A DNA stretch of 64,000 nt. It comes from Bacteriovoracaceae bacterium. GTDB lineage: Bacteria > Bdellovibrionota > Bacteriovoracia > Bacteriovoracales > Bacteriovoracaceae. The notes beneath the pieces were generated by a model. That model was not told the origin of the DNA, did no database searches, and saw nothing but the letters and a program-made list of their open reading frames with translations. Location of the stretch: the NCBI GenBank assembly GCA_017858255.1, contig JAFMBV010000010.1, forward strand, positions 1,006 to 65,005, read 5' to 3'. Positions 54,796 through 62,857 of this stretch are shown here, piece after piece; the first letter of the stretch is position 1; each line of letters opens with the position of its first letter. The position numbers and the translations under genes were made by a program.

Positions 54796-55994
54796 TTCGG
54801 CCCTCCAGGATACACACGTATAATATTATAAGGTCTCGCCCCCATTAAAGGTGGTAAACGCCACAACATACCAGGACGAGATTTTTCAAAAGACTCTCCA
54901 CTAGCATCAATTATGCTCTCAATTTGAGTCGTCACTATAGGTCCGCTAAAAGGCAAAAATTCAAGTGTGTCACCGACATAGAAAGGACTTCTTACTTCGG
55001 CAAGAATGTATTGACCTTCCTTTGCTTCCAAAATCATTGCTGCAACCGTTGTTTCAGATTGCTTATGCTGACGTTCATCATATATAGACTCATCATCAGC
55101 AGGTTTTTCCAAACTCGCATTTGTATAAGAACGATGACCTACCTTAGAGAGCTCCTGCTCCCATTGATAAAGGTCATCACTTAGAAAGCTTCCATTATTT
55201 TTATAATAATTTAAGGCCTCAGAATAAACTTTAGATATTGTTCCTGCATAGTGATGCGATTTCATGCGCCCTTCAACTTTTAAGGAGTCTATTCCTGCAC
55301 TAATAAATTCCTCTAACTGGCGTAACCCTTGCAAGTCCTTAGAACTCATAAAGTGAGCATATTTCTTTTCTTCATTCTCTTTGCTTAAAGAATATTCGAA
55401 GCGACAACTATGGGCACACCCTCCCCTATTTGAATCGCGCCCTTGGGTATAATTTGAAATTACACAATTACCTGAATAGGCCATACACATAGAACCATGA
55501 ACGAACATTTCAAGCTCTATATCAACTGACTCTTTTATTTTTCGGGCCTCATCAATTGTAACCTCTCGGCCAAGAACAATACGGCTTACCCCAAGCTCTT
55601 TCCAGGCTTTCGCAGCAGCAGCATTTAAACAACTTGCTTGAGTTGATAAATGGATGACGAGGTTACTGTGTTTCTTTATGGCCTCTATCACACCGCGATC
55701 ACTAACGATGACAGCATCAACGCGGCATTCTTCTAAGAGAGTCAAAAACTCTGGAAGGTCTTCAAAGTCTTGGTCATGAAGAAAACTATTAAGGACCACA
55801 TAAACGTGGGAACCATGGAGATGAGCAAAGCGCACTCCCTCTCTTAACTCTCCAGGAGTAAAATTATCCGCAGCTGAGCGTAGCCCAAACTTCTGGCCAC
55901 CAAGATAAACAGCGTTTGCTCCGTAAGATACAGCTACCTTTAATTTTTCTAGCGAACCAGCAGGTGCAAGGAGTTCGGGGACCCAGTGTGTCAT
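54792..55994 (-). CDS. U32-family protein (peptidase U32 / prephenate-dependent RNA or quinone hydroxylase family)
   Basis: 'PELLAPAGSLEKLKVAVSYGANAVYLGG' and 'EMFVHGSMCMAYSGNCVISNYTQGRDSNRGGCAHSCR', an exact CX6CX15CX3C. Confidence 0.9.
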   Translation of the reverse strand: MTHWVPELLAPAGSLEKLKVAVSYGANAVYLGGQKFGLRSAADNFTPGELREGVRFAHLHGSHVYVVLNSFLHDQDFEDLPEFLTLLEECRVDAVIVSDRGVIEAIKKHSNLVIHLSTQASCLNAAAAKAWKELGVSRIVLGREVTIDEARKIKESVDIELEMFVHGSMCMAYSGNCVISNYTQGRDSNRGGCAHSCRFEYSLSKENEEKKYAHFMSSKDLQGLRQLEEFISAGIDSLKVEGRMKSHHYAGTISKVYSEALNYYKNNGSFLSDDLYQWEQELSKVGHRSYTNASLEKPADDESIYDERQHKQSETTVAAMILEAKEGQYILAEVRSPFYVGDTLEFLPFSGPIVTTQIESIIDASGESFEKSRPGMLWRLPPLMGARPYNIIRVYPGGPK

Positions 55995-56137
55995 TAAATT
56001 ACCTTAAATGCTTTTTCTTCTTTCCTAAGTTTTGGTTTTTACTAGCAGAAAAGTCCGATACAATAAAGGTAACACTGAAAATTATGTATTTAATCCTACT
56101 AAATCAGGGCAAGTTACTAATAAGACGTTAGAGGGTC

Positions 56138-57280
56138 ATGAAAAAGGTAAAGACAATCATTCTACTTATTCTCATTGCCAGCTTTGGCTACGGAATATGG
56201 CGTGTATTTAGTAATCCAAATCAGGTCTATCCCTACCCCTATATAGTGGGGGAATTGGATCAAGAGGAGATCAACAACGCTTCTCAATGTGACGTTCTCA
56301 TCCTTGGCGATAGTGCAGGTGTTTACCTCAATAACTTCCTTGAAGACTTTAGAACAAAGACCGGCTCTGAGCTTAAAAAGCCCTTAAAAGTTTTTAACTG
56401 GGCACGAAAAGGTGAGACCCTTGCCCATACTCTAAAAAAAGCAAAGTCTCTCCAAAGAATGCCATTGCTCATTATTTATCATGGAGGCCTTGATGAAATG
56501 GATCAGGCCCGTTTTCAAATCAATCAGATCCCCACCATTTTAAAAAATATAAAAATCACGAAAAATGATACATTGTTAACAAGTATAATTAGTTTTCCCT
56601 TAATTGGACGCCTTCTTTATTGGCCGCATAAGAGAGTTAACCTAAACTTTTTTAATGGTACAGAAAAAGAACTATTAACTCCCCTTCCATCAGATCTAGC
56701 ACCAAAATACTCACTAAAAGCAATGGAAGTATTTTATGAGATTTACAGCTGGGAGGCCAAAGAGTTTTTCTCTTACCTTAAACTTAAAGATGCCCATTTA
56801 TGGTTTATCCCACAGGCGTATAACCTAAAAGTTCCCCCTTCTCGTACCTGTGAAAATGCAAGTAATCTCGAAATTGAAAATATTTTAAAAACAGCGTCTC
56901 AACTTATTATCAAAGGCAAAACAAAAGAGGCCTTTAGTATCGTCAATACTATTTTAAGTGAGAATAAAACCCATGCCAGAGCACTCTATACTATGGGAAA
57001 TCTTTTTATGAAGAGAGGAGATTTCCCCTCTGCAAAAAGGGCCTACTACCAATCGATGGTTTATGACTGTGGTCTAAGAAGATCGAATCCATTGTTTCTT
57101 AAGATACTCATGGAGCAAGCCGAGAAAAAAGACTTTAAGGTTATCAATTTTAATAGAACTGTTACCAACTACTTAGGGAAGAATGTATTATTTCAAGACC
57201 TGAGACAACCACAAAACATTTATTATGAAAGACTAATTGAGACCCTTATTTCCGAATTTAAGCGGTTTCTAAGAAGGTAG
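56138..57280 (+). CDS. Membrane-anchored protein of unknown function with a C-terminal TPR-like repeat
   Basis: N-terminal TM helix. 'CDVLILGDSAG' may be an SGNH block I, but the other blocks are not clear. TPR-like 'ARALYTMGNLFMKRGDFPSAKRAYYQS'. Confidence 0.5.
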   Translation: MKKVKTIILLILIASFGYGIWRVFSNPNQVYPYPYIVGELDQEEINNASQCDVLILGDSAGVYLNNFLEDFRTKTGSELKKPLKVFNWARKGETLAHTLKKAKSLQRMPLLIIYHGGLDEMDQARFQINQIPTILKNIKITKNDTLLTSIISFPLIGRLLYWPHKRVNLNFFNGTEKELLTPLPSDLAPKYSLKAMEVFYEIYSWEAKEFFSYLKLKDAHLWFIPQAYNLKVPPSRTCENASNLEIENILKTASQLIIKGKTKEAFSIVNTILSENKTHARALYTMGNLFMKRGDFPSAKRAYYQSMVYDCGLRRSNPLFLKILMEQAEKKDFKVINFNRTVTNYLGKNVLFQDLRQPQNIYYERLIETLISEFKRFLRR

Positions 57281-57291
57281 GAGTAATACTC

Positions 57292-57777
57292 ATGAGTAAG
57301 AAACAAATTTCAGGTCCTCTCACTAAAACAATTAAAGCTGGAGAAATGATCTGTGTTGCAGGTGAGAGAAACTCAGACCTTTTCATTATTCACTCGGGAA
57401 AACTTCTAGTCTTTGTCACGGATGGAACAAAAGTGACACCATTGGCTTATCTTGGTGAAGGCGAGTACCTGGGAGAACTTAGCTTCTTTGATAAGGAGCC
57501 AAGAAGTGCCCATGTAATAAGTGTTGAAGAAAGTACACTCATACAAATTCCAGTTAGTGAAATTGATAAACAATTTCCAAAATGGCTCGTTACAATGGCA
57601 CTATCGATAACCAAGAAACTGAGAAGTTCATCAGATCTCATTAGGCAAAAGGGTATACGCCGCCAAAATGTAGAATCGATAAAACCCTTATCAATTGATG
57701 AGCAAAGAAAAACTTATCAATCACTACAACACTATTTAGAAATGAATCCCATTATAATGGATGATGTTAGCCAATAG
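57292..57777 (+). CDS. Stand-alone cyclic-nucleotide-binding domain protein
   Basis: RBS AGGAG. 'LFIIHSGKLLV...YLGEGEYLGELSFFDKEPRSAHVISVE' is the cNMP-binding phosphate-binding-cassette pattern. No HTH domain follows. Confidence 0.8.
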   Translation: MSKKQISGPLTKTIKAGEMICVAGERNSDLFIIHSGKLLVFVTDGTKVTPLAYLGEGEYLGELSFFDKEPRSAHVISVEESTLIQIPVSEIDKQFPKWLVTMALSITKKLRSSSDLIRQKGIRRQNVESIKPLSIDEQRKTYQSLQHYLEMNPIIMDDVSQ

Positions 57778-57976
57778 TTCGATCTTTCCTGACTATTTCA
57801 TTCGGTGACAACCTTTTAAAGACCTGGGTCATATTGGCCACTCTTGTATCAAATTCGATGTTTTAACGACGATATTATTGGCATCAGTTATGCATCGTTA
57901 ATACACATTAGGCCTTAATTATAACCATGGAGGGTTATAAGAGTCCTCCAATGAAGCATTCAACAAGGAGGTTTGA

Positions 57977-58108
57977 GTGACTTCAAAAATCATTGCAGGT
58001 TTTCTGCTTTTGAGCATGTTTTTCGTTCTTGAGGATAGTTTTGAAAAACGTGTTCCTAAAGATGACGAAGGGTTCTATGACAACCCTTCTCAGCAGAAAG
58101 TCGCATAA
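57977..58108 (+). CDS. Candidate 43-aa small membrane protein
   Basis: Below the ORF-track size cutoff. GTG lies 6 nt after a perfect AAGGAGG. It encodes VTSKIIAGFLLLSMFFVLEDSFEKRVPKDDEGFYDNPSQQKVA (one TM helix plus a charged tail) and is followed by a hairpin. Confidence 0.4.
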   Translation: MTSKIIAGFLLLSMFFVLEDSFEKRVPKDDEGFYDNPSQQKVA

Positions 58109-58113
58109 ATTTG

Positions 58114-58150
58114 TTAGGGGTCGGGCGTAAGGATTTCGAACGACTCCTAA
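58114..58150. terminator. Hairpin between the small ORF and the convergent EamA gene (possible terminator)
   Basis: TTAGGGGTCG / CGACTCCTAA form a 10-bp stem with one G-U on the plus transcript and a 17-nt loop, followed by TTTATTT. Confidence 0.4.
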
Positions 58151-58151
58151 T

Positions 58152-59048
58152 TTATTTCCTTACGACAATAATTACACCGGAGGCTATCAAGAAAAATGAC
58201 ATGGCCATTCTCAACGTAAAGATTTCTCCTAAGAAAAAGACCGCTACAGTCGTTGCCACAACAGGCTGAAGAAATATAAAAAGCCCAACAACATCACTAT
58301 CCACTTTAGTTAGGACAATATTGTTCAATAAGTAGGTTAAACAAGTAGCACCAAAAATACTGTAGAGGAGCGCCGGTAAGAATTGACCAGTGAACCCTGG
58401 AATAAGAGGTTCAGATAAGAATAACCATGCAGGGATAAGTAAACAGCCTCCCAACCAAAACATGTGAGCACTCCCCAAGAGCGCAGGGACCTTTGAATAA
58501 AAGTCCTTACTCATGGAAATTAACCAGCCAAGAGAAGCACAGGCCATAAGAACAAAGAGGTCTCCGACAAAAGATTGATTCGATAAACTAAAGTCCTCTA
58601 CATTTCGAAGAATAAGAACTCCAAAAAAGCTTAGACTAAGACCAAAAACTTTCCCCTTAGACCATGTACCAATATTTCTCAGCCTGTTAATAATAAAGAC
58701 AAAGACTGGAATAGTGGAACTGATCAATGCTGTGTTAGTGGCCGTGGTATTTTTAAGTCCCCACAGAAAGCAGCTTTGGCTAAAACTAAGACCGATTAAG
58801 GACAGCATAAAGAGTGGCCTCCAATGAACCCTCTCAAGCTTTAAGCTCGATCCTCGTAATTTAAGATAAATCAGTAGAAAAAGACCTGAAATAATAAAGC
58901 GCCAAGAGGCAAATCCAAATGCTGACCAATTACTTACAACTATTTTTGAAGCAACAAAATTGAGACCAAAAAGCACTTGGACGAGAATGAGAAGAGCATA
59001 GTTTTGCATTCTTAGATTATAAACGTCACCGTCAAAGGAAACCATCAC
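58152..59048 (-). CDS. EamA/DMT-superfamily transporter
   Basis: About ten hydrophobic helices in two EamA-like halves. The start is uncertain (GTG 59048, ATG 59045 or ATG 59009). Confidence 0.8.
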   Translation of the reverse strand: MMVSFDGDVYNLRMQNYALLILVQVLFGLNFVASKIVVSNWSAFGFASWRFIISGLFLLIYLKLRGSSLKLERVHWRPLFMLSLIGLSFSQSCFLWGLKNTTATNTALISSTIPVFVFIINRLRNIGTWSKGKVFGLSLSFFGVLILRNVEDFSLSNQSFVGDLFVLMACASLGWLISMSKDFYSKVPALLGSAHMFWLGGCLLIPAWLFLSEPLIPGFTGQFLPALLYSIFGATCLTYLLNNIVLTKVDSDVVGLFIFLQPVVATTVAVFFLGEIFTLRMAMSFFLIASGVIIVVRK

Positions 59049-59052
59049 TCAT

Positions 59053-59607
59053 TTAAAGAATTTGCTCTTTATTAACATAGGCCCACTCTCCAACGGCCAA
59101 TGACTTAATTGAAAGCTTCCCCACTTTAGAGCGAATCAAGCGCAAGCAGGGAAAACCAATGGCCGCACACATACGCCTCACCTGGCGATTCTTTCCTTCA
59201 ACTAAACGAACTTCAATCCATGAGGTAGGAATATTTTTTCTTTCTCGAATCGGTGGCTCGCGTGGTGGTAACTCAAAGTCAGAGAGTAGGGTCGCCTGAC
59301 AAGGAAGACACTTATAACCCTTTATGACTGGCCCTAAACGTAGTTTAGAGAGATCGCCCTCTGCAGGGATTCCCTCAACCTGGACCCAATAAGTTTTTTC
59401 TTTATTCGACTTTGGGTCACTAACTTTTTTAATAAAAGGTCCATCGTTGGTAAGAATTAAAAGACCTTCAGAATCTTTATCCAATCTACCAGCAGCATAA
59501 ACTCCCGCTGGTAAATTAAACGATGCCAAAGTTAATTGATTGGACTCACCAGTAAATTGAGACAAAACACCAAAAGGTTTGTGAAAGGCGACGTATATTT
59601 TTTCCAT
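59053..59607 (-). CDS. RsuA/RluE-family pseudouridine synthase
   Basis: Start moved to the ATG at 59607. 'YVAFHKPFGVLSQF' and the catalytic 'AGRLDKDSEGLLILTNDG'. Confidence 0.88.
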   Translation of the reverse strand: MEKIYVAFHKPFGVLSQFTGESNQLTLASFNLPAGVYAAGRLDKDSEGLLILTNDGPFIKKVSDPKSNKEKTYWVQVEGIPAEGDLSKLRLGPVIKGYKCLPCQATLLSDFELPPREPPIRERKNIPTSWIEVRLVEGKNRQVRRMCAAIGFPCLRLIRSKVGKLSIKSLAVGEWAYVNKEQIL

Positions 59608-59633
59608 AAAAAAAAAGCCCCTCAAAGAGGGGC
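59608..59633 (-). terminator. Intrinsic terminator after the upstream barrel gene, abutting the pseudouridine synthase start
   Basis: On the minus strand, GCCCCTC-ttt-GAGGGGC is followed by nine U, then immediately the ATG at 59607. Confidence 0.8.
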
Positions 59634-59647
59634 TGATATTTTGTTAA

Positions 59648-60259
59648 CTAAAGATCAAGTGGCAATGAAACAGACAGTAGAATTTCTGAGAGGTTAAGTT
59701 TTTCATTATAAGTACCTAGAGTGGCACCGTTAAATTCTAACTTGTCATACTCAAGGTTACGATACTCGAGGTTAATGGAGACAAATGGAAGCCCTGTGAA
59801 CCCTGCTCCAAGAGCAAAACCACCACCATCAGAGAACTCATAGCGACTATCAAGAAGAGTATTAGAAGCACTTGGATCGTCTCCATCAACATTACCTGAA
59901 AGGTAGTACGTTCCCCATACTCTCAGTAGTATTGGAAGATTATAACCAACAAAAATCCCTAGTTGGTTCTTCTTCACGCCATCTTTATAAGTGGTAGAGC
60001 CTATTTCTGATTCCAAATCAAAAGTTTGCATCGAGTAATCAAGTCCGGCCATAAAACCAAGCATGCCATAGCCAAGGCGCCCACCAATTGTAGGAGAGGA
60101 ATATGAATGGTCATATTTATTTGTACCAATAGTCGTGTCACCCGTACCCGCAAAAGAGAATCCAAGATAGGGCTCAATTAAAATACCCGCTCTGGTATTG
60201 CCAGAAAAAACAAAGAGACTTAGAAAAAATAGTATTAGAAAACTTTTTGTTAGACGCAT
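59648..60259 (-). CDS. Small outer-membrane beta-barrel protein (OmpA-like/OmpX-like barrel family)
   Basis: Start moved to the ATG at 60259 (RBS AGGAGG). Signal peptide 'FLILFFLSLFVFSGNTRA'. Gly/aromatic-rich alternating strands ('GGRLGYGMLGFMAGLDY', 'GFALGAGFTG'). Confidence 0.7.
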   Translation of the reverse strand: MRLTKSFLILFFLSLFVFSGNTRAGILIEPYLGFSFAGTGDTTIGTNKYDHSYSSPTIGGRLGYGMLGFMAGLDYSMQTFDLESEIGSTTYKDGVKKNQLGIFVGYNLPILLRVWGTYYLSGNVDGDDPSASNTLLDSRYEFSDGGGFALGAGFTGLPFVSINLEYRNLEYDKLEFNGATLGTYNEKLNLSEILLSVSLPLDL

Positions 60260-60444
60260 GTGTTCCTCCTTGAACAGCATAAGACCGCATACCTTATTAT
60301 TATAAGGACTTATGAGATTTAAGCAAAAGTTAAGGTAAAAAAAGTGGGATTTAAAAGGGATAAAGACCTCCTTGAGAGAGGCCCCTGTTTTTCTCAAGCC
60401 TATTATTTCACCATAAAAACCGAGTGATCTAGGCGGAAAGGATT

Positions 60445-60469
60445 GCCCCCACGTATTTTACATGGAGGC
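60445..60469 (-). terminator. Strand-specific hairpin downstream of mdh
   Basis: The minus transcript forms GCCUCCAUGUA-aaa-UACGUGGGGGC, an 11-bp stem with two G-U pairs. These would be C-A mismatches on the plus strand. No clear U tract. Confidence 0.4.
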
Positions 60470-60490
60470 ATAAGATATTTTATCAATATA

Positions 60491-61480
60491 TTAGATAAGC
60501 CCTGCAGATTTAACAGACTCACGCTCTTCAACAAGTTCCTTATGTGTCACATCAAACTTCTCTTTACCGAAGTCATTAAGCTCGACACCTTCAACTACTT
60601 TGACGATGCCATTTTCAGTGCGACATGGATAAGAGAAGATCAGACCCTCTTCAACACCATATTGACCTTGAGAGGCCAAGCACATTGAGAAAGTTTCACC
60701 AGCAACAGTATCGTGAGTAAGATTATAGATACCACTAACCGCTGCATTAGCAGCAGAAGCCGCTGAAGAAGCGCCTCTGGCCTCAATAATAGCAGCGCCA
60801 CGCTTTTGGACAGTTGAGATAAAGTCACCCTTTAACCAGTCTTGATCACTGATGACTTCAGTGGCCGGCTTCCCACCAATTTTTGCATTATAGAAGTCCG
60901 GGTATTGAGTCGCTGAGTGGTTACCCCAAATCGTCATGTTAGTAACTTCGGTAACGTCGACCCCTGCTTTTTGGGCAAGTTGAGTTTTTGCTCTCTTTTC
61001 ATCAAGCATTGTCATGGCAAAAAAGTTGCTCTTAGGCAGACGAGGAGCTGAGTGCATAGTAATTAAGCAGTTCGTATTACAAGGGTTTCCAACAACAAAT
61101 ACCCGAGCATCATCAGCACCATGATCATTTATCGCTTTACCTTGTTTGGTAAAAATTCCACCGTTAATATTTAAAAGGTCAGATCTTTCCATACCTTTTT
61201 TACGAGGAACTGCACCCACAAGAACTGACCAATTAGCATCTTTAAAGCCAACATTTAGGTCTGCAGTACAGGTAATTTTTTTGAGTAAAGGGAATGCACA
61301 GTCATCAAGCTCCATTGCCACACCATTAAGTGCACCTAATGCATGCTCTAGTTCAATAAGTTGAAGTTCAACTTCAGTGTCCGTACCAAACATTTGACCG
61401 GATGCTATTCTAAATAGAAGAGCGTAGCCGATTTGACCCGCAGCGCCAGTAATTGCTACTTTTACTCTTTTGTTGGTCAT
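60491..61480 (-). CDS. mdh: Malate dehydrogenase (NAD-dependent, 329-aa MDH type)
   Basis: RBS AAGGAG. '[21 protein letters not shown]', 'VGNPCNTN' and '[12 protein letters not shown]' are MDH motifs. Confidence 0.95.
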   Translation of the reverse strand: MTNKRVKVAITGAAGQIGYALLFRIASGQMFGTDTEVELQLIELEHALGALNGVAMELDDCAFPLLKKITCTADLNVGFKDANWSVLVGAVPRKKGMERSDLLNINGGIFTKQGKAINDHGADDARVFVVGNPCNTNCLITMHSAPRLPKSNFFAMTMLDEKRAKTQLAQKAGVDVTEVTNMTIWGNHSATQYPDFYNAKIGGKPATEVISDQDWLKGDFISTVQKRGAAIIEARGASSAASAANAAVSGIYNLTHDTVAGETFSMCLASQGQYGVEEGLIFSYPCRTENGIVKVVEGVELNDFGKEKFDVTHKELVEERESVKSAGLI

Positions 61481-61666
61481 TTATATCTCCTTAGTATTAA
61501 TTATTTAAACTTTTGTATTAAACACGATAGACAAACTTTTGGGAAGTCGCAGGAAGTCTTTCCCTCTCTCGTATTTAATATTGTCGCCTTCAACCTATCT
61601 CAACCAAAAATGGCCACTGGCCGACTTTTTAACTATCATTGAATCTTAATCATTCAGGAGTGTTGA

Positions 61667-62227
61667 TTGAACCAAACAAATCGATCAGATAAATCAAGTA
61701 AAAGTAGAGGCAATTCTTCTAAGAAAGGCCGGCCCCAACGTAGCCCAAAAAGCGCTAACCCTGCTAATAAAAGACGCAACTCGCGCCCCCGTCGCACTGG
61801 ACCAAAGCTTAGTGGCTTTGAAAAAGTAGAAAGGGGTTATATAAATCTTTTAGAAAAACACCTAGAGGCGCGCAAGAAATACTTTGATCTATTCCATCGC
61901 GCTGATCCTCGTCAGCTGGCAAAGCTTGAGAGAATTTTTTCTAGCAGTGCTGATGAACTTAGAGAATATGAAGATTCTATAAAACCAGAATACAAAGAAG
62001 AATTTGAGAAAAAATATAATGGCCTAAGGCTTGATACCACTTATTCAGAAAACCATGAACTACCAGTCGAAGCGGCTCAAGTCGCAACCGAGGGTGATTT
62101 TGAAGATCCTCATTTATTACAGACGCAAGTGGATCATGAATTTAAAGGTGACCAGGAAGAAAGCGCTGGAAGTATTGAAGACTACCAGCGATATAAAGGC
62201 ATCGAATCAACTAATGATCCAGACTAA
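61667..62227 (+). CDS. Protein of unknown function with a basic N-terminal tail and an acidic C-terminal half
   Basis: TTG start 6 nt after AGGAG. The first ~55 aa are rich in K/R/S/N/P ('SKKGRPQRSPKSANPANKRRNSRPRRTGPK'). Confidence 0.5.
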   Translation: MNQTNRSDKSSKSRGNSSKKGRPQRSPKSANPANKRRNSRPRRTGPKLSGFEKVERGYINLLEKHLEARKKYFDLFHRADPRQLAKLERIFSSSADELREYEDSIKPEYKEEFEKKYNGLRLDTTYSENHELPVEAAQVATEGDFEDPHLLQTQVDHEFKGDQEESAGSIEDYQRYKGIESTNDPD

Positions 62228-62241
62228 TCAAGGCTCTCTAC

Positions 62242-62559
62242 CTAAGCGATAGGAGCACTAACCTCTTCACGTGTTTGGGGTGAATTAACAGTCCCATCAC
62301 CTGATCTTAGAAAGTTTTCCAATGTTTTTTCCTGATCTTCAAGAATGGCCTTCTTAAGGTCTTCATGTGGAATACTTAGAATTTCAGATACACGACTAAG
62401 CATTTTCAGAGGTACATTACAAAGGGCCCTCTCAACATTCGATATGAATTGGCCATTTTTGTATCCAAGTAGCTGACTAAGCTCAGATTGTGAATAACCT
62501 TTAGGGTGGCCCATTCTTTTTTCTCTAATTAGTTTGGCAATACTTTCAAAACTTCTCAT
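62242..62559 (-). CDS. XRE-family helix-turn-helix transcriptional regulator
   Basis: 'GYSQSELSQLLGYKNGQFISNVERA' is a Cro/C1-type HTH. Confidence 0.8.
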   Translation of the reverse strand: MRSFESIAKLIREKRMGHPKGYSQSELSQLLGYKNGQFISNVERALCNVPLKMLSRVSEILSIPHEDLKKAILEDQEKTLENFLRSGDGTVNSPQTREEVSAPIA

Positions 62560-62857
62560 GTTTAGTCCTATTGTTTTTTTAGTTACTGAGTCTCATTAGT
62601 AGTAATGTTAATAAAAAACACCTATTTATTTGTGTACGCTCATGCTTTTCATCCTAGTTCAGTTAAGATAAAAACCAAACAAGAATAAGTTAAATTTATT
62701 GATAAAAAGTTTAAGTTAGGTCTAAAATCAATACCTTAAGGCATTAAATTAGTTTTATTAGCTGACAATAATGTCGTTTTAAAAACTAAGCAAAGAATAG
62801 AGAAATTGGTATAGTAACCAAGTCAATCAATATAAAGGATTAATATTGTATTCCAAA

